Virus record (IMG/VR): IMGVR_UViG_3300001346_000004
Length of the DNA stretch: 64,000 nt
Strand: one strand, 5' to 3'
Source of the DNA: an uncultured virus (IMG/VR IMGVR_UViG_3300001346_000004)
Lineage: Duplodnaviria; Heunggongvirae; Uroviricota; Caudoviricetes
Below are positions 28,293-37,447 of this stretch, in pieces. Position 1 is the stretch's first letter, and every line of letters begins with the position of its first letter. Made by a program: the position numbers and the translations under genes. The notes under the pieces were generated by a model. It saw only the letters and a list, made by a program, of their open reading frames with translations, was not told where the DNA came from and ran no database searches.

Positions 28293-28883
28293 ATGAAGAC
28301 GTACACACAATATCTATCAGAAGCCAAAAAAACCTATAGTTTTAAGGTAAAAGTTGCAGGTGATTTACCAGAAAGTTTTGCAGACGATTTAAAAGCAAGA
28401 CTTGATAATCGCGGTATTATGCAATTTGAACAAATGAAAACTACTCCGGTTACAGAAGTACCACATGATTTTCCAACGTTGAAAAACATGGAGGTACACA
28501 CATTTGATGTAATGACTGAGTATCCAATTACTACTTCAGAAATTGAAAAAGAAATTTTTGAAATGGAATGTTGTGAAGCAGGTTATTACAAAGTTAGAAA
28601 TAGTGCAAGCCCAACAGAAATTGATCAAATTACTATGGGAAGCAAAGCAGATTACGAAGGTGCATTACTACATGACAACGAATATAAAGATGGCATGAAC
28701 GTAAAGCAAAAGGATTACTTTGGAGATGACTTCAATAAAGGTTTCTTAAAAGAACTTTCTAAAGAAGCAAAAGCAAGAAAAAAAGAACTAGGGCATGATA
28801 AACTAAAAGCAGATGTTTATCAAGACACACCAAAATTAAAACAAGACAAAGCAGGGGTCAAGAGTCCTGTAGGGAGTAATTAA
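28293..28883 (+). CDS. Putative internal head protein with capsid-targeting-like N-terminus
   Basis: MKTYTQYLSEA resembles the T4 internal-protein capsid targeting sequence. Confidence 0.55.
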   Translation: MKTYTQYLSEAKKTYSFKVKVAGDLPESFADDLKARLDNRGIMQFEQMKTTPVTEVPHDFPTLKNMEVHTFDVMTEYPITTSEIEKEIFEMECCEAGYYKVRNSASPTEIDQITMGSKADYEGALLHDNEYKDGMNVKQKDYFGDDFNKGFLKELSKEAKARKKELGHDKLKADVYQDTPKLKQDKAGVKSPVGSN

Positions 28884-28884
28884 C

Positions 28885-29637
28885 ATGAACTTTCATGAAC
28901 TACTATCAAAGATGCAGGAAATTGATACAGCAAAAACTGAAGCAGCACCTTTAGATCAAAGCACAGATGAATGCGGAATGAACGAAATGCCGCCAATGAT
29001 GGCACCTAATATGCCACCCGCAGAGCAGAAAGACAAAGCGTCAATGAGTATTAATATAAATGCACAAGGCGATGCAATTGATGATATTTTAAGATTAATG
29101 ACTAAAGTTAATCCTGATATGATCAACCAACCAGAAAAACCTGAAATGCCTACATTGTCTATTATGTCACCAGGAATGGACGGACCAATGGACGGACCAG
29201 AAGGTCCAGATATGCCGCCAATGCCAAAGCCAATTAATAAATTAATTCCGGACTTTGATGACGACAATGACGATATGCCAGGCGGAGAAAAAGATTCAAT
29301 GGATCTTCCAAAAGACCATGACAAAGATCACGTTATGATTAAGTCACTTGATAAAGACGGTGACAGCGATCATGATATGGACGATCATGATATGGAAAAA
29401 GATGATAAGGAAGATGATAAAGATAAAGAAGAAGCATACGCAAATGAGCCTGACGAAGAGTATAAAGATATTGATTACATTACTCAAAAAACAGCAGGTG
29501 GTATGCATAGACGTAAAGGAACACATCCAAAAGTTGCAGGCGGAGATAATCCTATGCAGAAAGTTGGGGAATCAGACTTACGTGCTTCTATCAAAGACCA
29601 ATTGCTAAAAGCATTAGAAGAACATAAAGGAGCATAA
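28885..29637 (+). CDS. Acidic, Pro/Met/Asp-rich low-complexity protein (possible prohead core component)
   Basis: DxDxDH repeats, MPPM motifs, EEAYANEPDE; located in a late operon. Confidence 0.55.
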   Translation: MNFHELLSKMQEIDTAKTEAAPLDQSTDECGMNEMPPMMAPNMPPAEQKDKASMSININAQGDAIDDILRLMTKVNPDMINQPEKPEMPTLSIMSPGMDGPMDGPEGPDMPPMPKPINKLIPDFDDDNDDMPGGEKDSMDLPKDHDKDHVMIKSLDKDGDSDHDMDDHDMEKDDKEDDKDKEEAYANEPDEEYKDIDYITQKTAGGMHRRKGTHPKVAGGDNPMQKVGESDLRASIKDQLLKALEEHKGA

Positions 29638-29639
29638 AG

Positions 29640-30074
29640 ATGGCAGATTTAACACAAGCAACAATCGGCGGCGGTAGTGCAGTATTAGTGGCTGCAAACA
29701 GAAAACCATACGCTGATATGACAGCAATACATTACAACGGTAACAAAACTTTAACAGTTTTTGAAGTTGCATGTGGCGCAGCAGTAAATGCTCAAACAGG
29801 AAGCGGTTTAGCAATTGAAAGCATTATGCGTATTGTCGAAAAATATTGTACTGTTGTTATTCGTGGCGCACTATATGGTACAAACCAAAAGTTTGCACTT
29901 GTAGTTGAGCAACCAAATGATTCATTAGATTATGATGGTGCAGGTGCTGAAACACTTGTTGAGCAAATCGAAGATGAGATTATTGCACTAACTGATTTAT
30001 CAGGTGCTACACCAGCACAAATTGATTTTACTGGCGTAACTTGCACAGTAAAAACTACACTAGAACTAGCATAA
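29640..30074 (+). CDS. Hypothetical (likely virion) protein
   Basis: Strong AAGGAG RBS; followed by a terminator. Confidence 0.65.
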   Translation: MADLTQATIGGGSAVLVAANRKPYADMTAIHYNGNKTLTVFEVACGAAVNAQTGSGLAIESIMRIVEKYCTVVIRGALYGTNQKFALVVEQPNDSLDYDGAGAETLVEQIEDEIIALTDLSGATPAQIDFTGVTCTVKTTLELA

Positions 30075-30096
30075 GTTAGTACGTTTTATACTATCC

Positions 30097-30120
30097 AAAT
30101 AGGCTCTTCGGAGCCTATTT
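30097..30120 (+). terminator. Intrinsic terminator hairpin
   Basis: AAATAGGCTC-TTCG-GAGCCTATTT perfect stem with UUCG tetraloop. Confidence 0.8.
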
Positions 30121-30138
30121 CCTTCTATAAATACTAGT

Positions 30139-31728
30139 ATGGCAAAGAGTTTAGATGGCGTTCAGATTAAGAAAGCCCATGAAAAGCAAAAATATACACT
30201 AGAGGAAGTCAAGCACTTAGAGGCTTGTATGGATCCTATCACGGGTCCATTATACTTTTGTGAAAACTTTCTAACCATTCAACACCCTGTAAAAGGTTCA
30301 ATGAAGTTTGTACCTTATGGATTTCAACGAGAACTAATTCAAGCATATGCAGAAAACAGATACTGTGTTGCTATGCTACCAAGACAGATGGGCAAGACAA
30401 CCTGTGCTGCTGGATATTTATTATGGTATACAATGTTTACTCCTGAATCGCAGGTGCTAATTGCTGCACACAAATATACAGGTGCGCAGGACATCATGAA
30501 CAGATTTAGATACGGGTATGAAACATTGCCTGACTTTGTTCGTGCTGGTATCTATACATACAACAGAAACACAATTGAATTTGATAACGGCAGTAGAATA
30601 CAAGCAACAACCACAACAGAAGATACTGGACGTGGTAAATCACTTTCATTAATATACTGTGATGAGTTTGCGTTTGTGCAACCACCAGAAAAAGCCAAAG
30701 AGTTTTGGACTGCACTTTCTCCTACACTGTCAACAGGTGGTAAAGCGATTGTTACAAGCACACCAAACTCAGATGAAGATCAGTTTGCTATGATTTGGAC
30801 AGAAGCAAATAAAAAGTTTGACGAATTTGGTAATGACAACGTTGTAGGAACCAACGGCTTCTATCCTTATTTTGCTCCATGGACAGAGCATCCAGATAGA
30901 GATGATGCATGGGCAGCAGAAGAACGTTCCAAAATTGGAGACGAACGATTCCGTCGTGAGTTTGATTGCGAATTTTTAATCTTTGATGAAACATTAATTA
31001 ATAGTGTGAAACTTGCTGAACTTGAAGGCAAAGAACCAATTCAAAATATGGGGCAAACACGTTGGTATAAAAAAATTAATCCTAAAGCAACTTATTTGTT
31101 ATCACTTGATCCATCACTAGGAACTGGTGGCGACTACTCAGCCATACAGATATTTGAAATGCCTGCAATGGAACAGGTTGGAGAATGGAGACACAATCTT
31201 ACACCTATACAGCAACAGATAAGACATTTAAAGAGCATCTTAAAATACATTTATGATGAACAAACTGCCGGCGGCAATGCAAATCCTACAATATATTACA
31301 GTTGTGAGAATAACACCATAGGCGAAGCAGCATTAGTTGTTATTAAAGATATAGGTGAAGAAAACTTCCACGGGCTATTCCTAAGTGAACCTATGAGAAA
31401 AGGACATGTAAGAAAATTTAGAAAAGGATTTAACACCACACACAAAACAAAGATTACTGCCTGTAGCACTTTTAAAAATGCACTAGAAAGAAACAAGTTG
31501 AAGATTAATAGTAAACCGTTAATATCAGAGTTAAAGACATTTGTAGCACACGGTGTAGGATACGGTGCTAAAACAGGCGAACATGACGATTTAGTCAGTG
31601 CTTGCTTACTAATCATACGCATGGCAAGTCAATTGGCTGATTGGGATCCTAAAATATATGAAAAAATGACGGAGAGAATGACCGAAGACCAGTACCCAAT
31701 GCCTATATTCATAAGCGGCGGTTTTTGA
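30139..31728 (+). CDS. terL: Terminase large subunit (gp17-like)
   Basis: PRQMGKTT Walker A, LIYCDEFAFV Walker B, TSTPN, FRREF.CEF, LDPSLGTGGDYSA, HDDLV. Confidence 0.95.
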   Translation: MAKSLDGVQIKKAHEKQKYTLEEVKHLEACMDPITGPLYFCENFLTIQHPVKGSMKFVPYGFQRELIQAYAENRYCVAMLPRQMGKTTCAAGYLLWYTMFTPESQVLIAAHKYTGAQDIMNRFRYGYETLPDFVRAGIYTYNRNTIEFDNGSRIQATTTTEDTGRGKSLSLIYCDEFAFVQPPEKAKEFWTALSPTLSTGGKAIVTSTPNSDEDQFAMIWTEANKKFDEFGNDNVVGTNGFYPYFAPWTEHPDRDDAWAAEERSKIGDERFRREFDCEFLIFDETLINSVKLAELEGKEPIQNMGQTRWYKKINPKATYLLSLDPSLGTGGDYSAIQIFEMPAMEQVGEWRHNLTPIQQQIRHLKSILKYIYDEQTAGGNANPTIYYSCENNTIGEAALVVIKDIGEENFHGLFLSEPMRKGHVRKFRKGFNTTHKTKITACSTFKNALERNKLKINSKPLISELKTFVAHGVGYGAKTGEHDDLVSACLLIIRMASQLADWDPKIYEKMTERMTEDQYPMPIFISGGF

Positions 31729-31739
31729 TAAATAATAAT

Positions 31740-34688
31740 ATGGATGCAACCAACAACATTTCAACCGATCTGTTCTATAAAATTAGAAGTAGATTTACAG
31801 GTTTAAAACTAGGCGAATCAACAGGGCAAATTACAATTAACCCTGAAAATGCTCGTTTCTTTGATTTTGACTACATGGAAAACGATAAAAACATAGGGCA
31901 TGTAAGCATTAGTTTAGCAGAACCTAATTCAATGAAGGTATACTTTTCGAGTGGTATTACCGAAGGTATGGACCAAGATCAAAAAGGTAATTGGTACGCT
32001 TTCCTAAAAGAACTTAGAATGTTTGCAAAACGCAGACTATTGGCATTTGATACTAGAGACATTGCAAAGGATAATTTAGACAAACGTGATTATGCTTTCC
32101 TTAGTCAACACTCAACGCCACAATCGGATAACGATACAATAACTAAACCCGTCGGAGAAGCAGTAATGAATGAGAGTAATCTTTATGGAACGAAAACACA
32201 AAGTTTCCAAAAGTTGGAAGACACGAGATTAATTATTAAGCACAGCAAGAAACTTGCTGATGACTTTGAACAAAAACCAGGTGATAGAAGTAGAAATATT
32301 TCTGCACTATTTGTTGAGAACCAAGACGGTGAAAGATTTAAATATCCTTTTGTTCACTTAGCAGGTGCAAGAGCTATGCAGCGACATGTGGCTAACGGCG
32401 GGTTACCATATGATGCTATCGGCGAAAGCATTATTAAAACAAGCGAAGAAATTGCTCAACTAAAAAGTTTTACAAATTACTGTGTACGTAACGATTTAAT
32501 GAACTCCGACACTAATTCAATTGTTGAACGCAGCAAAGCACAGCTCAACGGGTTAAGAGAAAGAATTGCAAAATTATCTAAACAGGCACATTACGAAAAC
32601 TATGTAGCAGAATTCCAAGAGCCAGAGGCAATGGAAATACCAGATGATGTAATGAAAGAATACACAGAAAAATTTACAGTTAAAAACTTTAAAGAAGATA
32701 TTGCTAACGCATTTCCTATCATTTATAAATTAATGAAGGAAGAAGAAACTGTAGGCTATGACGACATAGTCGCAATGACAGGCATGGAAGATGCATTTGA
32801 TAAGGCAGATAGAATTACAGATCCAGAAGAACTTAATTTATTTGGTCCAGAAGACATAGAAAATAATAGTCAACTAAATGCAGAAGAACTTAAAGACGAG
32901 CTAGAAGGCGACATCTATCATTTAATGAATAAAGCCAGTGACGACTTTACTGACAATGATCATATTGCAGATGAAATGGGAGACCACTTTGCCAACATGC
33001 ATCTTAAAGCCGACGATAAAACATTAAGTTGTTATTCAGCGATGAGAGATATGATTGATGCAGATCCAGCAGACGTTTATGAGACAGGTAAGAAATGTCT
33101 TAAAATATTAGGTGCTCAAGAACATCAAGATCAGGAGCAAGGTAACAAAGGACCAAAAGGCCGTCCAGCCGCAGATGCTTATGCTGGTGGTATGGAAGGC
33201 TTTGCAAAGTTTGAAAATTGGGTTAATCAACTAGGCGAAGAATCTCCACTAACAACGGCAGACGAAGAACAAAAGTCAGACATGGTTAAAAAACTAAATG
33301 GAATGCTTAAGACAGAATTCCAAGCAGGCGTAGAAGGTATTAATGCTATTCAAAGTTTAGAAGGCATTATTGAAGATCCTAAACTAGAGCAAGATATTAA
33401 AAAGGCAGAGCCAGAAGCAGATGTTCGTCCTATGGTTAAGGCTTGGGTTGAAGAAAATGCACCAGACGTATTATCCGAATTAGATTTTGGTGATATGATT
33501 GATGAGCCAACAGCAGGCGCAGCCGAAGTTGAACCACAACAAGAAGAAGGTGTGACAAGTAAGTTTATGAAAGATCCATCAATGGGTATGAACAAGTATG
33601 GACTTGCTGCTATTCAAAAGGACGGTATGTTCTTTAGTATTAAAGATAAGAAAATTACAGGCGGACCATTTGACACTATTGATGAACTTAAAAAGCATCA
33701 AGAAGAATTAATGAACAAAGACTCCGATGATGACTACAAAGATACGCAACCAGAGTTAAAAGGTGGCGGTAGTGCATTCAAAGGTTTCAAAGGCAAAGAT
33801 CCTGAAGCAGATGAACTAAATGATATTATGAAACTGTCAGGCGAATCTTATAGCAAAACACAAGAAGCCGGTGGATATTATGGACAAATGAATGATCCAA
33901 TAATGTTTAAAGGCAAAGAAGTTGATATGGACAAACTAGATTACGACATGCAAGATGTTAGTGATGAGATGTTTAATGTAAATGCTCCTGTGTATTACAC
34001 AGACGGTACAGAAGTTGACTCCGGAGATATGGAAGAATTAGAAGGAATGGAAGAATTTCATATGTGGGTTATGCAAGATTATATGGACAATCAAGCACCA
34101 CAAGAAGGATCAGTTTCAGAAGGTGGTAATGCTTGGGATATGGCACTTACAGGTGGAATGGAAATTATTTCAAACTGTGATAGTGAAGAAGAATGCATTA
34201 AGCAACTAGAAGCAGAAATAACAGGCGGCAAAGATGCTGATGATGCATATGCTGATATGATTACCAAAGACTATATCGAAAAAATTAAAAAGCACGGACT
34301 TGAAAAAGTAAAACGTGATGTAGACGCTGAAGATGTAATGGGTGAGCCTGTTGATTTAGAAGGACAAGAAACTGAAGGAAACGAATACGGCGATAAAGTT
34401 TCGTCTCTTAAAGCACAAGGTGCTAAGAAAGGCACTAAGTTTAAAACATCAGATGGTGAAGAACACACATTAGAAGGTTTAGCAGAATTTATTAAATCTT
34501 TTTATGATAGTACTACAGGCACTTTTCCAAAAGGCCCAGAAGGTGTAGCAACAATGGTAGGCAAGAAGTTTGGTGAACAGGCTGAGCAGGTTGCACGTAA
34601 GATGGTAGAGAGAATGGCTCCTGCACAAGAACAAGGCGCAGACGAACTAGAAGAACTAGGTAGAATTAAAGATCTTATTAAATTTTAA
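31740..34688 (+). CDS. Large acidic protein, possibly prohead core/internal protein
   Basis: About 980 aa; ordered-looking N-terminal third (GERFKYPFVHLAGARAMQRH) followed by acidic modules. Start ATG 31740 follows TAAATA-N5. Confidence 0.6.
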   Translation: MDATNNISTDLFYKIRSRFTGLKLGESTGQITINPENARFFDFDYMENDKNIGHVSISLAEPNSMKVYFSSGITEGMDQDQKGNWYAFLKELRMFAKRRLLAFDTRDIAKDNLDKRDYAFLSQHSTPQSDNDTITKPVGEAVMNESNLYGTKTQSFQKLEDTRLIIKHSKKLADDFEQKPGDRSRNISALFVENQDGERFKYPFVHLAGARAMQRHVANGGLPYDAIGESIIKTSEEIAQLKSFTNYCVRNDLMNSDTNSIVERSKAQLNGLRERIAKLSKQAHYENYVAEFQEPEAMEIPDDVMKEYTEKFTVKNFKEDIANAFPIIYKLMKEEETVGYDDIVAMTGMEDAFDKADRITDPEELNLFGPEDIENNSQLNAEELKDELEGDIYHLMNKASDDFTDNDHIADEMGDHFANMHLKADDKTLSCYSAMRDMIDADPADVYETGKKCLKILGAQEHQDQEQGNKGPKGRPAADAYAGGMEGFAKFENWVNQLGEESPLTTADEEQKSDMVKKLNGMLKTEFQAGVEGINAIQSLEGIIEDPKLEQDIKKAEPEADVRPMVKAWVEENAPDVLSELDFGDMIDEPTAGAAEVEPQQEEGVTSKFMKDPSMGMNKYGLAAIQKDGMFFSIKDKKITGGPFDTIDELKKHQEELMNKDSDDDYKDTQPELKGGGSAFKGFKGKDPEADELNDIMKLSGESYSKTQEAGGYYGQMNDPIMFKGKEVDMDKLDYDMQDVSDEMFNVNAPVYYTDGTEVDSGDMEELEGMEEFHMWVMQDYMDNQAPQEGSVSEGGNAWDMALTGGMEIISNCDSEEECIKQLEAEITGGKDADDAYADMITKDYIEKIKKHGLEKVKRDVDAEDVMGEPVDLEGQETEGNEYGDKVSSLKAQGAKKGTKFKTSDGEEHTLEGLAEFIKSFYDSTTGTFPKGPEGVATMVGKKFGEQAEQVARKMVERMAPAQEQGADELEELGRIKDLIKF

Positions 34689-34729
34689 TGATTTTACGTA
34701 TTGATTTTATACGTAAAGATGTTTAAATA

Positions 34730-34764
34730 ATAGTGTAGTAGGAAACTGCTACACTATTTTTTTT
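34730..34764 (+). terminator. Hairpin plus U-tract upstream of pqqA
   Basis: ATAGTGTAGTAG-GAAA-CTGCTACACTAT (one G-U pair) running into a T8 tract. Confidence 0.7.
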
Positions 34765-34781
34765 ATATAAAGGAAATCAAT

Positions 34782-34853
34782 ATGTGGACAAAACCTCAAG
34801 CAATAGAGATGAGATTCGGCTTCGAAGTAACGATGTACATAGCCAACCGATAG
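34782..34853 (+). CDS. pqqA: Pyrroloquinoline quinone precursor peptide PqqA (23 aa)
   Basis: [24 protein letters not shown]-x-K-P start and R-x-G-F-E-V-T-x-Y core (Glu15/Tyr19); AAGGA RBS at 34770-34774. Confidence 0.92.
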   Translation: MWTKPQAIEMRFGFEVTMYIANR

Positions 34854-34922
34854 ACAAAGAAGTAGAAGTAGAAGTAGAAGTAGATATGAGCAGACTAATA
34901 GAAACATTAGACTGCGAATAAA

Positions 34923-34949
34923 GAAAGGATCTTCGGATCCTTTCCTTTT
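34923..34949 (+). terminator. Intrinsic terminator closing the pqqA cassette
   Basis: GAAAGGATC-TTCG-GATCCTTTC followed by CTTTT. Confidence 0.85.
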
Positions 34950-34983
34950 GGCTAAACAAAATCACATTTAGTTAAAAATACAC

Positions 34984-35012
34984 TTGACAAGATAAATAAA
35001 GTTGCATATAAT
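34984..35012 (+). promoter_or_regulatory. Sigma70 consensus promoter for the ssb/uvsX operon
   Basis: TTGACA-17nt-TATAAT; a TAAATA also lies in the spacer. Confidence 0.8.
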
Positions 35013-35071
35013 AGTACGTATGCATAAGGCATAAATGACATTTAAATTAGGCAAACAAAGGAGGCTACAAA

Positions 35072-36070
35072 ATGGCATCATTAGCAGAGATCCGCGCAAA
35101 ACTAGCGGAACAACAAAATCGCTCATCTGGTAATTCTACTGGAGGCGGAGACAACGCAATTTACCCACATTGGAATATGCAAGAAGGCAAGGAAGCCGTG
35201 GTAAGATTCTTACCAGACGGTAACACTGACAACACATTCTTTTGGGTAGAACGTGCGATGATTAAATTACCTTTCGCAGGTATTAAAGGCGAATCAGATA
35301 ACCGTAACTTAATTGTGCAGGTTCCATGTGTGGAAATGTACAACGATGGTACTACTTGTCCGATTCTAACAGAAGTACGTCCATGGTTTAAAGATAAGAG
35401 TCTTGAAGATATGGGTCGTAAGTATTGGAAAAAGCGTTCTTACATTTTCCAAGGCTTTGTAAACGAAGATCCGATTGGTGAGGATTCAACTCCAGAAAAT
35501 CCAATTAGACGTTTTATTATTGGTCCACAAATTTTCCAAATTATTAAGGGTGCATTAATGGATCCTGAATTGGAAGAATTGCCAACTGATTTTATGAAGG
35601 GTGTAGACTTTAGAATCAAGAAAACTTCTAAAGGTGGTTATGCTGATTATTCAACATCACAGTGGTCACGTAGAGAGCGTGCATTGAGCGATGAAGAAAA
35701 AGCAGCAGTTGACTCAAACGGTGTGTTTAACTTGTCAGACTTCCTTCCTAAGAAGCCAGGCGAAGTTGAACTTAAAGTAATGAAAGAAATGTTCGAAGCA
35801 TCAGTAGATGGTGAAGCATACGATATGGACAGATGGGGACAATACTTCCGTCCAGCGGGTGTGTCACAACGTACAGGTGATCCAAACAAAGCTCAAAGTA
35901 CTCCAGCGGCAACACCAGCGCCAGCGGCGGCACCTGCTCCAGTAGCAGAAACTGCTCCGGCTCCTGCAGCAACTACAGCACCAGTGGCTGAAGCGGCTCC
36001 AGCAGAAGGTGGCGACAGTGCTAACAGAGCACAGGACATTTTAGCAATGATCCGTAATAGACAACAATAA
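35072..36070 (+). CDS. Single-stranded DNA-binding protein (T4 gp32-like)
   Basis: AVVRFLP, C..CPI, YWKKRSY, GVDFRIKK, GGYADYSTS; Ala/Pro-rich linker tail; AGGAGG RBS. Confidence 0.88.
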   Translation: MASLAEIRAKLAEQQNRSSGNSTGGGDNAIYPHWNMQEGKEAVVRFLPDGNTDNTFFWVERAMIKLPFAGIKGESDNRNLIVQVPCVEMYNDGTTCPILTEVRPWFKDKSLEDMGRKYWKKRSYIFQGFVNEDPIGEDSTPENPIRRFIIGPQIFQIIKGALMDPELEELPTDFMKGVDFRIKKTSKGGYADYSTSQWSRRERALSDEEKAAVDSNGVFNLSDFLPKKPGEVELKVMKEMFEASVDGEAYDMDRWGQYFRPAGVSQRTGDPNKAQSTPAATPAPAAAPAPVAETAPAPAATTAPVAEAAPAEGGDSANRAQDILAMIRNRQQ

Positions 36071-36150
36071 AGAGTTTATGAGAGTTCCGGCAAAAACCTC
36101 CTTACGGTAACCAGCGAGGTCTCTCATACTTTAACAAAGGAAAGGTAATT

Positions 36151-37221
36151 ATGGCAAAAGCGTTTGACGTAACTAAATTTAGAAAAAGTCTTACAAAGTC
36201 TATTGACGGACTTGGTATTGGCTTTAATGATCCTACAGATTGGATCAGCACAGGCAACTATGCACTTAACTATCTTGTAAGTGGCGACTTCCACAAAGGT
36301 GTTCCACTAGGCAAGGTAACTGTATTAGCAGGAGAATCGGGTGCAGGTAAATCATATATTGCTGCCGGTAATATTGTAAAATCGGCACAAGAACAAGGTA
36401 TCTTTGTAGTACTAATTGACACAGAGAATGCCTTAGATGAGAAATGGCTACACGCATTAGATGTAGACACATCTCCAGAAAAGATTCTTAAACTTAACAT
36501 GAGCATGATTGATGATGTTGCTAAAACAATATCAGAGTTTATGAAAGAATACAGAGATATGGCAGAAGAAGAACGCCCTAAAGTATTGTTTGTAATTGAC
36601 TCACTTGGTATGTTACTAACACCTACAGATGTTGATCAGTTTAACAAAGGTGATATGAAAGGTGATATGGGTCGTAAGCCTAAAGCACTAACATCACTTG
36701 TACGTAATACTGTTAATATGATTGGTAGTTATAACGTAGGTATGGTATGTACTAACCACACATATGCATCACAAGATATGTTTGATCCAGATGACAAGAT
36801 TAGTGGTGGACAAGGCTTTATATATGCATCAAGTATTGTTGTTGCTATGCGTAAACTTAAACTAAAAGTAGACGCAGATGGTAATAAGACTACTACAGTA
36901 CAAGGTATTCGTGCTGCGTGTAAGGTAATGAAAACACGTTATGCAAAGCCGTTTGAAGCAGTACAAGTACAGATTCCATATGAAACAGGAATGGATCCAT
37001 ACAGTGGATGTGTTGACTTGTTTGAAGCAAAAGGTTTGCTTAAGAAAGATGGTAATAGACTTAAATATACAGACTTGAATGGAGAAGTCCATTTAGAGTA
37101 TCGTAAAAACTGGACTGGCGACAAACTAAACATAATTATGGAAGAACTTGGTAAGGAGCCTGAGACTGTAGAACCAGTCGAAGTCGAGTTAGAGGAGATA
37201 ACTGAACCTGTAGCGGAGTAA
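36151..37221 (+). CDS. uvsX: RecA-like recombinase UvsX
   Basis: ISTGNYALN, GESGAGKS, IDTENA, VIDSLG, TNHTY, ISGGQG..YASS, KTRYAKP. Confidence 0.92.
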   Translation: MAKAFDVTKFRKSLTKSIDGLGIGFNDPTDWISTGNYALNYLVSGDFHKGVPLGKVTVLAGESGAGKSYIAAGNIVKSAQEQGIFVVLIDTENALDEKWLHALDVDTSPEKILKLNMSMIDDVAKTISEFMKEYRDMAEEERPKVLFVIDSLGMLLTPTDVDQFNKGDMKGDMGRKPKALTSLVRNTVNMIGSYNVGMVCTNHTYASQDMFDPDDKISGGQGFIYASSIVVAMRKLKLKVDADGNKTTTVQGIRAACKVMKTRYAKPFEAVQVQIPYETGMDPYSGCVDLFEAKGLLKKDGNRLKYTDLNGEVHLEYRKNWTGDKLNIIMEELGKEPETVEPVEVELEEITEPVAE

Positions 37222-37224
37222 GAT

Positions 37225-37446
37225 ATGGAAGCAAACATGATAGCAGACATATGGGGTGTCTTAAGCGAGAAGATTGCAGAGAAAGATAAAGCAGAGGCTG
37301 CTCAAGAATACGTTAATACATTACTTGATTACGATATTCCTGAGTCAACATTAGAAGGTATGATGGGTATAGATACATATCTTGATGCTGCACTTGAATA
37401 TGTTCTCGAAGACGAACCAACTGACGAAGAAGAAGATTGGAATTAA
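37225..37446 (+). CDS. Small acidic hypothetical protein
   Basis: GGAG RBS; fills the gap between uvsX and uvsY. Confidence 0.7.
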   Translation: MEANMIADIWGVLSEKIAEKDKAEAAQEYVNTLLDYDIPESTLEGMMGIDTYLDAALEYVLEDEPTDEEEDWN

Positions 37447-37447
37447 T

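Noticed and set aside
34859..34882. (GAAGTA)4 as a CRISPR or iteron array
   Set aside because: It is a contiguous 6-nt microsatellite with no spacers.
34777..34965. Minus-strand 62-aa ORF across the pqqA locus
   Set aside because: Antisense to pqqA, crosses the terminator and is low-complexity (STSTST from the hexamer repeat); the plus-strand peptide has a clear family signature and an RBS.
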